A stretch of DNA of 64,000 nucleotides, taken from Klebsormidium nitens (Eukaryota > Plantae > Klebsormidiophyceae). The position numbers and the translations under genes were made by a program. Below are positions 39,484-51,900 of this stretch, piece by piece. Each line of letters starts with the position of its first letter. The first letter of the stretch is position 1. The notes beneath the pieces were generated by a model. The model was given only the letters and a program-made list of their open reading frames with translations, had not been told where the DNA came from and did no database searches. The stretch is from assembly GCA_000708835.1 (NCBI GenBank), contig DF237300.1, positions 32,245-96,244 of the forward strand, written 5' to 3'.

Positions 39484-40813
39484 GTCTAGGCGGTTCGAGA
39501 GTTCACTTCCTCGGAGGACATGCCAAACTTCCTCAGTTGCGCTGAGTGGTATTTCTAGGTTCTGCTCAACAGGCCCGGCGATGGTATTCTTGTGCAGTGA
39601 GGGTTTAGCTCTCCGAAAATTGTAGATACGGGGTGCAAAAGACCTCCAAAGTTCTAGGTGTGTTCGACTGAGATCGAAAGGACCTGCGCTGCCTAACCCA
39701 AGTGTACATTTGCTTTGAGTTGACCCTTTCTAGCAGAGTGAGAGGACTGACTAGTGAGAAACATTGAGGTTACAACCAGCTGATGTAGTAGAGGTACTCC
39801 AAAATTGAGCGTTGTGCATACTAGTGCTCGTTTGGCGTAGCATACGAAGCAGGATAGAAGCGGAGCTTATTTGTACAGACGCACTTACACCAGATCAATG
39901 GTCAAACTGACAATACAATAAACGGAGACGTGATCAGTGTTGATTCTATCTCAATGACAGCGCTTCGATTGAGAACGACATGTGCAGGCGCACCCAGCTG
40001 TACAATTACGTGCATCATCGATCTGACTGCATGTCGTCCTCATACACTTAACCAACGACGCTTAAACCTTCGATGCGTCGCAAAGATGAACGATTAGTCG
40101 ATCAACCAGCTAGACCCTTTCCTCCTCTTTGACCTGGTCTGACTCTGTTGATCAAGTGTCCGCCTATTACGCTGATTGACCGTCGGTCGAATCCTCAACA
40201 ATCATTGCTACCTACAACGTGGCATGAGATCCTGAGTGCATACAGCGAGTTTTCTCGTCTGGGTAACCTGATTTATCTACTGTCGAATGTGGTGCGGCAC
40301 AATCTGATCAAAGCTAGCTACGTAACTCATGACCGTACCGTACGTCAACCTTTTCCATCATGTGATTTTACTTCCGAGCTGCGTGTGAGTTCACTCAGCA
40401 TGGCTCATCACAAGTGCCGGTGAAAGCAGATTACTGTTGTCAAAGACAGTGATCGACGGACAACATGGTGTGGCAATATGACATCATTTGTTCAACCAAA
40501 CGGAAACTAGCGGTCATGTGATCCATGGTGAAGTGGACAGGGTACACTCTATGTCGCTATCCTGCAGTGCAAATGCGTCAGCATGCGCATCAGCCTACTC
40601 CATTGGAAATGTACAGACTACACAAAAAGATCGTTCGATCTGCTGATTTCTATCCAGAGTCACAGCTGTCGTCGAGACCTTTCCAGCTCCGTGTGGACCG
40701 ACTGCTCTGAAGCGCGTCCACGGCTATCCATCGCACTTCTCGATGGTGTAACCTTTGCACTTCATATGATGCTTCCAATGAGCCATCCGCACAGATTCAA
40801 GTAGAATAATAGA

Positions 40814-43800
40814 CTATCGGAGCCGGAGCGACTCCATCCTAGTTGTGGGCTCCTCCGCTACCAGCACGACCCGTCGGGACAGCGTCTCAATGTCCTTCTC
40901 GATCTGGGCCAGCTCCGCTTCATACCTGGGGACATTTGAAACGATGTCAGATCAACACGAGTCAGCACGTGGCCTGAAAGATGTCCGAGTGAAGTCTTAA
41001 CCGCTTCTCTATTCGACTCAGTACGGCCTGATTTAAGATTACCCTTCATACCGGTGTAACGGGCTGATTATCCGGAGTCGAAAAGCAGGCCGATCCTGGT
41101 TCAAGCTAAATGCAGTCCCTACAAACCGTCGACTTCGAAGCTGGAAGAGTGGGCTAATTCTATTACCGCCAGATGTCTTGTTTTGTGAAGGGACGCTAGC
41201 GCTAAAAGAATCTTCTCTGCATCGACGGGTCTAAGTCCTTGGCGCACATATTCCAGAACGCCAGAATCCCAAGTTTGTAAAAAGCGCAGGAAGTGTAATA
41301 AGCAGAATCTTAAAATAAGAACTGTTCCGGCCACTCACTGCTCCTTCTTGGCTTTCTTGGTCCCCGTGTCGAGCGTAAAGGACATCTTTTGGTACGCCTC
41401 GTTGATGCGCTGCCACTTCTGCTTAAGCCCCACGATCAGCTCCTGCCGCTCCTCCTCCGACATGTGCCGGATGCCATCGGACGCGCCGTCCTGCAAGGAC
41501 GTCAAGGTGAGGTCAGCACTCGCAGAATGATGACGTTATCAAGCTGAGTCTCTGTGATCCTTCTTTAGTGAGATCCTCCCGCTCCTCTCCCGACATGTGC
41601 CGGAAGCCGTCGGACGCGCCGTCCTGGAAAACAGACGTCCAAGTGACGTAAGCAAACGGGGCTTGACAAACAATTGATGACGTCACCATGGTTGAAGTAT
41701 GTATCTGGGGTCAGCTACTGCCGCTCCTCTTGAGACAAGTCGTCGGATGCCGTCAGCTGCACCGTCCCGCAAAGTTGACGCCCGAGTGCCGTAAGCATAA
41801 GGGCTTGACAAAATATTATGCTCACGTCGTCATAGTCAATACTTGTTCGTGATTAGCTCCTGCCGGCTCATCCGTCGATTACGTGCGGGAGGCGGTCGGA
41901 CGTTTGCTCGGTCCTGCAATTGGACGTCGAGCCAAGACGACTACGGACGTTCGTGCTGACCTCATCATAACGAAGCTCACTTTTTGCGACGAGATCCTGA
42001 CGCTCCTTCTCAAAGTTGCATCGGATGTCTTCAACTGCCTGGGCCGTGCAATCTAGACGTACAGAATGACATCAGCTGCACGGCCGTACAGAGGTTTTCC
42101 GGAAGCTTTTAATGGATTACACACGCATTCACGCTAAGTGACCCACTAGCAATCCTCGATTCCGTCTGTCACTCGAACGCCAGCGAGAAAAACGAGCCCG
42201 TCCGTTCGACGACTTTCTCATTGACGACAAGGAGGCCTTTCGACTCTGCTCTCCGGCGATTGGGGAGAAATGATTGAGCCTTACGTGCATCATCTTTTGG
42301 GTTAAGTGCTCGATGTGCTCCTTCTCCCGCTTAACCTGGTCCTTGACCTTGGTCAAGTATCCGGGCACCTTTCCGTAGTCCTTTTTCTGCACGTACAAAC
42401 AGAACTTAGAAACTGTTCGAGACGCGGTACCAGATTAGCATCCGCTTCGCAAGGTGCTTCCAAGCAGACTGCATGCATTTCACGTTGTTGGGCTCTTCTC
42501 AGATTGCTCGGAACATGCTCAGCTTAATACTGTTCTTCTCCAGCCGGAATGGTACTGAGCATAGTACGCGAGACTCCGACTCCTGACGCCAAACATTTGG
42601 TTAATAAGTCACTTCGACAATCTGCCGTAGTCCTTTGCAGAGATGAGAACAATATCAACGTTCTCCCAAAGACTAGCAGGGGATCCCTTTCGCTATAAAT
42701 TCGCACAAAGGGATTGTAAGGCGACATTATAGTGGGCATCTCCGTACCTGGGTGGCCAGTGGCGGCGCGTCCTTGAGCTTCTTCGGAGAAGCAAGGATGT
42801 TTTCGATGGCGTTTGCAGTAACGAAATTTTTGGCGCTGCAAAAAGGTAACGACGGCGTCAGCACTACTTGACGTGTTCGTTGAGAAGTGGCAGGCCGTCC
42901 CAGCTCCCAAAAGGTGTCGCCTTAAATCCGCGTCCCTCTTATAAGGTAAAACAATAACGAGCTCGATCCAAGCGCCGCACCAACTCTACCCAAGCAGAAC
43001 CTTCCATGGAAGGTGCTCTTTGGGCTTATTCCCGTTTCATAACGTCCGACTACCGGACACATGAGCTATCCCAACTGTACGCTGTACGCTACCCGACCCA
43101 CCTCATTCCGTCAACCCCAAATACCGTGGGCGACCGTCAGACCCCTGAGGTCCCGTTTACATCTCGAGCGCCCTATTTCCCTGTTCTTGTCAACCGCAAC
43201 CCACCTGACGAGGCCCATAATCGGCCGGTCTTTGGGCAGATCCGGCTTGAGCTTCGCCTTGGTCTGACTGAGAGGGCCCGGGTCGGGAAGCGCCGGCTCC
43301 TTGCTGTGCTTGCGCAAGTACGTGTTGGTGCTCGGTTTGAGCGTCCCCCGGGGGGGCCCGAAGGTGGCGGCCTTCTTTACGGTGCCGCAGCCCATCTCAA
43401 ACTGGCTGGGATCGACCTGGAGTAAGGAGGAATCGGATAAGAGCTTGTTTTCAGAGGGGGTGGGAAGACGCGTGAAAGGTCAAGCGGGTGACACGCCCTT
43501 TCAGCTCTTTTTCTGGAGATCGTCATTGCAGAAGCTACCTTAATCGGTCTTTGAAGGTCAGTTGGTACATTAAGTGCTGTAAAGGTGCAAGCCTATGGCA
43601 GTACGGTGGAATCAAAAAGCTGAAGGAAGACAAGAGAGCCGGAGCTCGTGAAGAAGCCGTCTCCTTTGCTTCTTGCTAGTCACAACGATTAGGGCGCACT
43701 GAGATGCCCAACTTCAAAGTGACCGTTTAACCTTGTACCTTGTCAAAGGCTGTCACAGTGACAAAAGGGTTCTGCAACAGAACGTTTCTGTCCCGCCAGC

Positions 43801-44456
43801 ATTGACACAGCATTCGGCGAACTCAAAGAAGAAGACCTGACAAGGCCAGGCTCATCAGCACTATTCTCGAAGTAACGTCCTTTTCATGCACGTTCCAGCT
43901 TGTATTACAAAGCTGCGGCGCCAGCATAACTGGTGCATAAGCTGTCTAAATCGAAATTTGAAAATGTTCAATCTAACCGAGCTTTCTGCGCCCGTGTGTC
44001 CTTCCACCAAAACAATAACCACCAGCTCAAGTGCCACGTTAGGAGGTTTTAGGGAACAACGTCATGTAGAAGCGCCTGTGCTTCTTTCCCTTTCTGACAA
44101 AGCTGCCTTGAACTTATTCAGGCCCCTGACGGAAGCAGGACCGATCTAGTCAAAGTTCCGCTGCATGACGTCAAGTCATATCTCTTGCCAAAGGATCCAT
44201 GTGGACCCCATCTCTGTGCGCCTTTCATTTCTCAGCACCGCTTAACGGAAACGAAAATACAGAGGCCTCAATCCGGCCCCGGTCCAAGATTCGCGCAGTG
44301 AGCCCTTCTTCAGCACATTTTTGATAACTCGAAACGACAGTCCAGAGGACACGTGCCCACCTCGCCGGGCTGGAGAGACCGGTAAATGGGCGGCCTTTGC
44401 TTCGTTTCCACGGCCGGGGGAATGAGCGCATACACGCTCTCCCCAGACTCCATCAT
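40814..44456 (-). CDS. ENKUR: Enkurin (ciliary/flagellar calmodulin-binding protein)
   Basis: Exons 44456-44361, 43416-43205, 42835-42748, 42386-42285, 41490-41339, 40925-40814. Motifs ESVYALIP, KAATFGPP, IMGLVSAKNFVTANAIENIL, KKDYGKVPGYL..VK, ER..LI.GLKQKW..IN..YQ, E.ELAQIEKDIE.L. Confidence 0.88.
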
Positions 44457-45754
44457 TGTTGCCTAATATCACAACTCAAAGTATTGTGTTCCTTTTGGCT
44501 CTCCGAATCAAAGTACCGTCCTTGAAAGGCCACTCTGAGTCCTCGCTCAAGTCTTTCAAGTTTTTCTGACCAGACAAGCTGGTTCTTCTACTTGTTCTCC
44601 TCTGCTTTCTGACGTTGCTGCTCCTAGACTCCCCTCACGAAACAATTCATAGAATGCAATCCTACACTTTGATACTCCGCTATCCTCTGTCAGAGACCAA
44701 CGTATGGCTTAAGCAATTCCTTTAGGACTCGCTCGTGTTAGCCGGCCCCGGGAAGTCGAATCTTTAATGTTCTTCTCCAAGAGCCTTCGAGGTCGCTTCT
44801 CAGCCAAGGGATTAAGGTCAAGTCCGGTGAGCCCTCCGTGTACTTTTATTCAAGTTTTCTCGCTGTGGCGCAGATTACATGCCAAACTCCCAATTGCTTG
44901 AATCATGTGGCTACGCCAATTCAAATCTGTCCGCTGTGCTGCTATGGTAAAAACTGGTAAAAGGTGCTTCCTGCGATCCCTGTCACGCTGTCGATCAGGG
45001 GGGAGTGTCCATTGATATTAGAAACGATATTCCCTTTTGTGACTGATCAGACCGAAACGATCCTACCACCTAGCTCAGATCCCACTCTCTGGAGTCATGG
45101 GGCACCAGCAGGTTTTGAATCTGAGTGTGTGAGGCGGACCCCCAGCTTGACTCTGTTTTCCGAGTGTTCAGGAGCGTGCAGGTCGCCAAATTGTCTGATG
45201 AGGAGCCCAAATTTGCCTGCACGTATGTTGACGCTGGTTTCGTCCAAACTCGGTTGACACTCTAGACAGAACCGGAACATCGGAACGCCGGAAAGCCGGA
45301 AGCCAGACACAAACCCTAATTCAGGACAACCTCAGAACTGCTCGATCAGAACCTTGAAAGCCACAGAACGCGCAAACGTGCTGACGTGACGAAAATATCT
45401 CCTCCGAACGTTGCGAAACTTCGACATGCATCTTCGAAAATCTTCGATTCCGAGGACTTGGAATCAACATCTCTTTCGTCCACCAATTTCGAAATCGAAG
45501 ACAATGAATGTTCGGGAAAGCTCCGAATCGACTCCTTCCTGAAGCATCTTTCCAGCATGTTTCGGAATGCAACCTGAAAATTGCCTGAACGATCCTAGGC
45601 TGTGGCTCTCTGAGTCTTAAAACCCAAATCTGCCGTTCGCGAGCAGGTTGAGCTTCAAAAGCCTTCGAGACAAGAACGCAAGGTGCAGGCGCCATTGAGA
45701 GATTGCATTTTGTTGAAGCTTCTGCTCTTGTAAAGATACCTAAAGTCAGACATT

Positions 45755-47884
45755 ATGGCCCAGTGTGCAACGGTTGCCTCAGTCTCTGCGAGGGCCCTGG
45801 TGGCCCCGGCCGTTGTCTCAAGGCCGTCGACCAGCTTGAGGTCCAGCAATGCTTGCATTGTGAGCAGGAAGGTCAGCCTGCCGGACAGGAGGCACATGCG
45901 GAGCGTTGTTGCACAGGGAGTGCGGGCGTCCACCCCTTCTGATATTTCTCAGGTATGCTATCAGCTCCAAGAAGAAGGTTCCTCGAGTGAGGTAGTTGGT
46001 CTATTGGAGTTCACCTGTGAACGCATGTGGTAATGCTGGTTGTAGCACAGCATTGTTATTTTGGTCTAAGACGCCAAAATGCTTGGCAAGAATGTGGCTC
46101 GAGATATTATTGTGTAGGATTGGGACCGGACCTTGTGCATGTTGCCTTGTGAAGGTCAACTGTGTGAACACCACAGAGTGAGGCATTGAAGCACCTTTCG
46201 GATAGCCCTGGCTGCACAGCTAGCTTAAGGGTTTCTTGTGGGCATGGAGAAAGAGCTTTGGAACGACCGTGCTGTACCTGGTCACATGCGTACGCTTGTA
46301 GAGTCTTGGTCTCGGGCTTTCATTCGGTAGCTTTGTTATTTTTATTTTCTGCTGAATCACACCCTGTTACACAAACAATCTTTGAAACTCATAGGAATCC
46401 ACCATTTTGCTACCATATGTTATGTGGGATCTCTGTTGCTTCAACCAGACTCCTGTCCTGTCTCTTGTCTACTGATTGCTTTGCTCCAGGACACTCAGAT
46501 CTGCTATCGAGCATTATTGTTCCCAGGAACACATTTTGTGATCTGTAATTTTGGTTGTTCGGAGGACCTTGATGCAGCTTCGCTTGCACCTTTCCATCAA
46601 TCTTTGGTTTCTCGAGCGGTTTTTTGTTTTCCCGGTGCTGAGTAGGCTTGATGATTTGGAGGCTTCCTCGTACGTTCCCTTCACATGCGATCTACTCAAA
46701 AGCTGGATGGGTCATTGCTATGAGATCATCATGAACATTTTACATTGCCGCAAGATTTGGTCACGGTTTGTGAAAGGGTGGCTTTAGGTATTCACAAGCC
46801 TAGCACAAGTTTCTCCACAGGGTTAAGATATCAACCTTACAAAAGCTGGGTGTGGAGCATATAGGTTGTCTTAATGTGGATCTAGGCACTTTCTTGGTCA
46901 TTTTTGACCCTTGACGGTGGAAGTCAAAAACCAAAGCACACCACAAGTGGCCCTGTAATCAGTTCTCTTTGCCTTCCTCTTGAATTTTGAGGTTCTTTTG
47001 CAGATTAGGGTTCTGAATTTGTCAAGTTTTCTTAAGTACTCTTCTTTGAGGTACAGCAATGGCAATTCAATTAACATTTGGTTCTTATGGTACACGTTCT
47101 GCTTAAACTGTACGCTGGAAGACTGATAGATCCACTGATTTTGTCGGGTGTGGTCGATTGATATGCTGACTCTGTCCTTTTCATTTGTCTTATGAAGTTG
47201 ATCAAGGAAGCGCAGGAGACCTGCAAAGAGAACCCCGACAAGGAGTGCGCAGCGGCGTGGGATGAGGTGAGCACTGAGAATTGATTTCCGCATTTTGTTT
47301 AAGCATTCAGGCCGAGTATCATCGTAGCCAGGTTAATAACAAGTTGCGGGTTCAACCTGCACCGTTTATGATGCCATAAGGATTGTTCAACAGCTTTTGA
47401 TAGTTTTGCTCATGATAGTTTGCTCGGGATACAGCAGCCTTTGTTCTGATCAGAGTTTGCAAAGATTGCTTGCACCTTACTGGGTTCAGTCTGATTGGAG
47501 GCCACAGAGGATTGAGTGCACCTTATACGGTCAGTCAAGGACTAGCATCATCCACTGTTTGTCTATAATGTACTGTCAGGAACCTGTGTTAGGAACCTCG
47601 TCTCATTGCCCTCTTTCTTATTTTTCTTTGAATGTTTACTATGTTGTGAGCATACTGATCTGACATGGTTCTGTCCTGTGTGAACGAATGCACTTCAGTT
47701 GTTTGGGTTTAAGCACGTGTGGTTCTGAAAAGGTGCATGAATGGGTTTGCAGGTTGAAGAGCTTTCAGCTGAGGCCGCCCATCAGAAGGCCCGCGCCAAG
47801 GCCAACCCCGCCTCGACTGACCCCTTGGAGAAGTTCTGCGAAGACAACCCGGAGACGGACGAGTGCCGGGTGTACGAGGACTAG
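45755..47884 (+). CDS. CP12: Calvin-cycle regulatory protein CP12, with chloroplast transit peptide
   Basis: Exons 45755-45952, 47198-47266, 47753-47884. Both Cys pairs, the AWDEVEEL core and the C-terminal DPLEKFCEDNPETDECRVYED are present. The exon 2 acceptor is a weak AAG and the join is about 4 residues shorter than plant CP12, so a micro-exon may be missing. Confidence 0.93.
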
Positions 47885-48927
47885 ATAATTGTTTGATAAG
47901 GCCTTTGTCCTACTCGATGTATGAGTACTAGCCAGGTCGCGCGTCCACGAGTTGTTGGAGTCGTTGGGTCACAGATTGAATGAGAACAGTTCTCTACTCT
48001 TTCTCAGCGATTGTCAGTCGAGCAACAATAACCTTGCGTCTCATCTATTGTTTGTAAGTTGCTGTTTCCACATGTAACACTTGACTAGGAGATAGAATCG
48101 TAAATGTTCTGCGCTACTTGCAGTAGGTCTACAATCATCTCGTGTACCTGATGTGTGAGGATTACCATGTCAGTTCTGACGTTTCATATCTGAGAAATCT
48201 TGCTCGGTCAGATCTAATGCATGACCATTCCAAAATGATGCGACCTACTTTGACCTTGATTAGATCAAATTGAAAAAGATACAGCAGAAACATTGACTCG
48301 GTTTGCAAGTCTGGCAATGAGTGTGATGGTAGAGGTTGCATGTGCCCCCCAACCTAACACTACTGTGTACATGTGGTACTGGCAAGCGTTCGACCCGTGC
48401 GCCAGATGGGCAGGGATCCACTGCACACATGCATGCTCTTATAACACTTTGTCATTCGGGTCAGCGATGCAGGGCACTGAAAGTCCTTTGCATGCACAAC
48501 CATGATGGATGAATTATAGTAACAATGTCGCATAAAAATGTGCGCAATGCCGGATCGTTTTGCCATCACACGTGATATATGGCCGGGCTGATTCAGCTAG
48601 GCAAGTTGCCGTCGGCTTCAAATATCAATGCTGATGTATCGGCCTCTCCTGTAGTGCATGATGGCCGAGGGCCAAACGGCCATGATAGCATCATTGGTAG
48701 ACCCGACATACGTTGCGTTGAGCAGCTCCGCAATCGTTGCTTTGCATATCAAGGAGACATGAAGTGCGGTGACCTTAACACTGCATACTAAGATTCAATC
48801 TTTCTGCGTCCATCAAGTGAAATGCTTTGTTTGTTATGTGTCTTTGGATCTGACCATCTATTGCGACTTGGGCCCCCAGCCGAAACGTGGACCCACGGCG
48901 GCATTCGGAAGTCCAAGGATGACCATA

Positions 48928-51900
48928 TTAGGCAGCAGGGGCAGATGATTGAGCAGTTATGTCTGCAAAGAAGGTCCGCAGAAGCTCCTTTTTGTTGACC
49001 TGCGCAGAGGAAGCCCGAGCTCCATTACGAAGGGCCGTAGGGCACGCGTCTCGACGCAGAGAGCGGCAAAAGGCCTAAAGTAGCAAGCATTAAGTCGCCA
49101 ACAAAGACGTCAGCCGATGACGAGTTTCGCTTGTTCTGGCGACTCGCAAGCAGCGCAATCGGTTTTGTGGTCGCCTCCGCTTTGCCGCCATGCCGCTCCG
49201 TGAGCGGCTCTTACTGAGAGCACCAGCCTGAAACGTTCTGCAATGACGACGTTCTGAGACGCATTTGGCGACTGGGCAGGGCGAAACGAGGTCACCAGGA
49301 TTGCCGTGTTGAAGACAATCTGTTCCTGGGAAAAACTGCAGCCACAACTATACCTATCCCCAGACCGACAGGTGAACAAGTAGAGGATACTAAGGCGTTG
49401 GGGCAAGGGTATCTCTTTGGCTAGAGGGTAGTCAAATGCAAGGTGATATAAAACCTTGGGTTATGTGCTTTCCCTTTGTACTGGAAAAACACTCCCACGC
49501 ACAAATTTTCGCTTTAAGCAAAAGGCGATGTCCACTAGGAGAAAACTACGTAGACCTCACTTCCCGTTTGGCTCCTCAATCAGAATGGAAAGGCAAACGG
49601 AACGAGTCCTTTAGGTGCAACTTGCCCTTCTTTTACCAAGAGAAGAGACTGCAGCAGGCTGATTTCAACAAAACAAACAGTTCTCTGCGCTGGCTCTTCA
49701 ACAGAAAGCTGTACGAGCAAGTGTACGACCTACCTTCCCCATCGCGTTTCTTGGCATGGTTTCTACCATCTCGATGCGTCTCGGAATCTGCGTGATAAAT
49801 ACGAGCCGTCAGATGAACGGGTATCGACATTGACATGTCTGACAACACCCCCTCGATTCAGGGACCGTCAGCCGCTTCTTAATCCACAGGACCCTTGCTG
49901 TGCGCTATATGGTCGTACCGGCCCCACTCTCTCCCGGACGATAAGGACGCATTGTCAAGTGATTAGGGTGAATGAGCCGTAGGACTAAGAAAAGACCAGC
50001 TTGGGACAGGTAAGGTTTGATTGGTGTTTCGAGTGGGTTATAAAGGTCGGGAGCAGGGAGTGAGTTTTTGGTGTCGTGTTCTTCCCGAAGCTTATCACGC
50101 CTTTACTCTCGGACGTCAAGGATGTGACCCACTAAAGAACGCCGCCCCAACCAGTAGAGAACTGCCGATCGTTACACTCACCTTGTAGTGCGCCAGACGA
50201 ACTTCACCACTCCCTTATCCTTCGAAGATTATTGAACTCAAGAAAAGTATTAATAAGCCGAGATGATAAGAAGGTAACCGCACTGGGACGGGTAGGGGTA
50301 ATTTGGTGGTTAGGATGGGTATGGGTGCGGAGTAGGGGTCTTTTTGGGTTAGGATTTTTAGTGTTAGTCGGAGAATACTACTATCTTGGCTTTTCTTTAT
50401 CTTTTGACACCTTATTATAGAGTCAAGTACGCCCCGGTAATGACACCGTTTATTCGTCCCCGGATTGGTCGAAACCTTTATCGCTGACCACCGCATACCA
50501 CTGGTAGTCACCCCTGTCTAGATTGGTCCTGTAAGCCGGTTTCCACCTTTCGATTGTAATATCTACGGCGAGCATTCTAGCCGAGCAAACCCCCTGCAAA
50601 CTCGTCTCTTTCAGCGTTCAAACCCTCTTTAAAAACGGTAGAGTTGAAATCACTTGGCATCCAGTGCCAAAGAAAGAGACCTGCTTCGGCCCTTCCAACC
50701 TCCGCAGACATTGACACACACACGACACAGAAATAGGAGACCTAATTGTACCCCAGCTTAAACCACAGTACAAACCTAGCACGTAACCCTAGTAAGGTGG
50801 CCATTCTCTTTCTTGAGGTTTATTCGAAGACTGCGGACGCCCACTGTTGAAACGTACACCACGTCCAGCTTTCGGGCATCGGCTTTACGACACGCTGCCA
50901 CGTGTCAAACCCACCTTGTAGTGCGCCAGATGATCCTTGGCCCACTCCCGGACGTCTTTGGACGTCACGGACGCTCCCTCTGGACCGCTCCGGACGACAA
51001 TCACCGCTGCGACCGTCTCGCCGTACGTTGCGTCCGGAAGGCCGAGCACCGCACACTCCGCAACGGCCGAGTGCTGCACTTTGGAGGTGGAAGGGATTCG
51101 TAAAATGTCCTTGTTTGACCTCTCAATCTTCTCACCTTCTATCCTCGCTGCGACGCTGAGGATCAAGCAGCACTCGCATTGATCAGCAGAAATAGAGGAC
51201 GACTTTCGTATGTACCCACTTTCAGAACGGCAGCGCATGGAGAACGAGCGGTGTGGCGTTCAAAAAAGAGTTCTTAACCGAGGAAGCAACGGGGGGACAG
51301 ATCGATGGTCCAGCAAACGGTCACCTTTGCTAAGTTATTGCGGGTGAAGGCCTGATAAAAAGATCTGGGCATGATCGCTAAAATCACGTAATCCAGAAAG
51401 CCCCGACTTTCCAGTACTGAGCTGTTCGGAGAGACCGAAAGTCCTTTCAGAAATGAAAAGGAATAAGTTCCAAACTACAGAGAGGTTCCCTCTCGGCGTC
51501 GAACTCCGCCCGCCCCCACCTTGAGTAACTCCGTTTCGATTTCGAGCGCCGACAGCTTATACCCCCCGCTCTTGATGATATCCACACTCAAGCGGCCCAG
51601 AATTCGGAACGCCCCATCTTCTTTCCGGACCTTATCCCCCGTTCGAAAGAAGCCGTCCGCATCGAACGCTTCTAAAGTGGCATCCGGACGGTTCCAGTAC
51701 TGTGTGAACAGGCCCCCGCTGCGGACGAGGAGCTCGCCTTCGGATGCGTCCGAAGCGTCGGCGTCTGGAACAACTTTCACCTGTATCAGAAAAGGGATGT
51801 GTTTGTAAGCTTTAACAACGAACGATTGGAAGTACGATAGGCGGACGAACCACCGAAAGAGAAGGGTTGCGCCCCCATGGAACCCTGGCAACGCTCAATT

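Noticed and set aside
49110-49335. Alternative terminal exon of AAE13 (ttcccag|[10 protein letters not shown]..)
   Set aside because: It lacks the conserved VNKK that completes the [11 protein letters not shown] motif; exon 48999-48928 supplies it.
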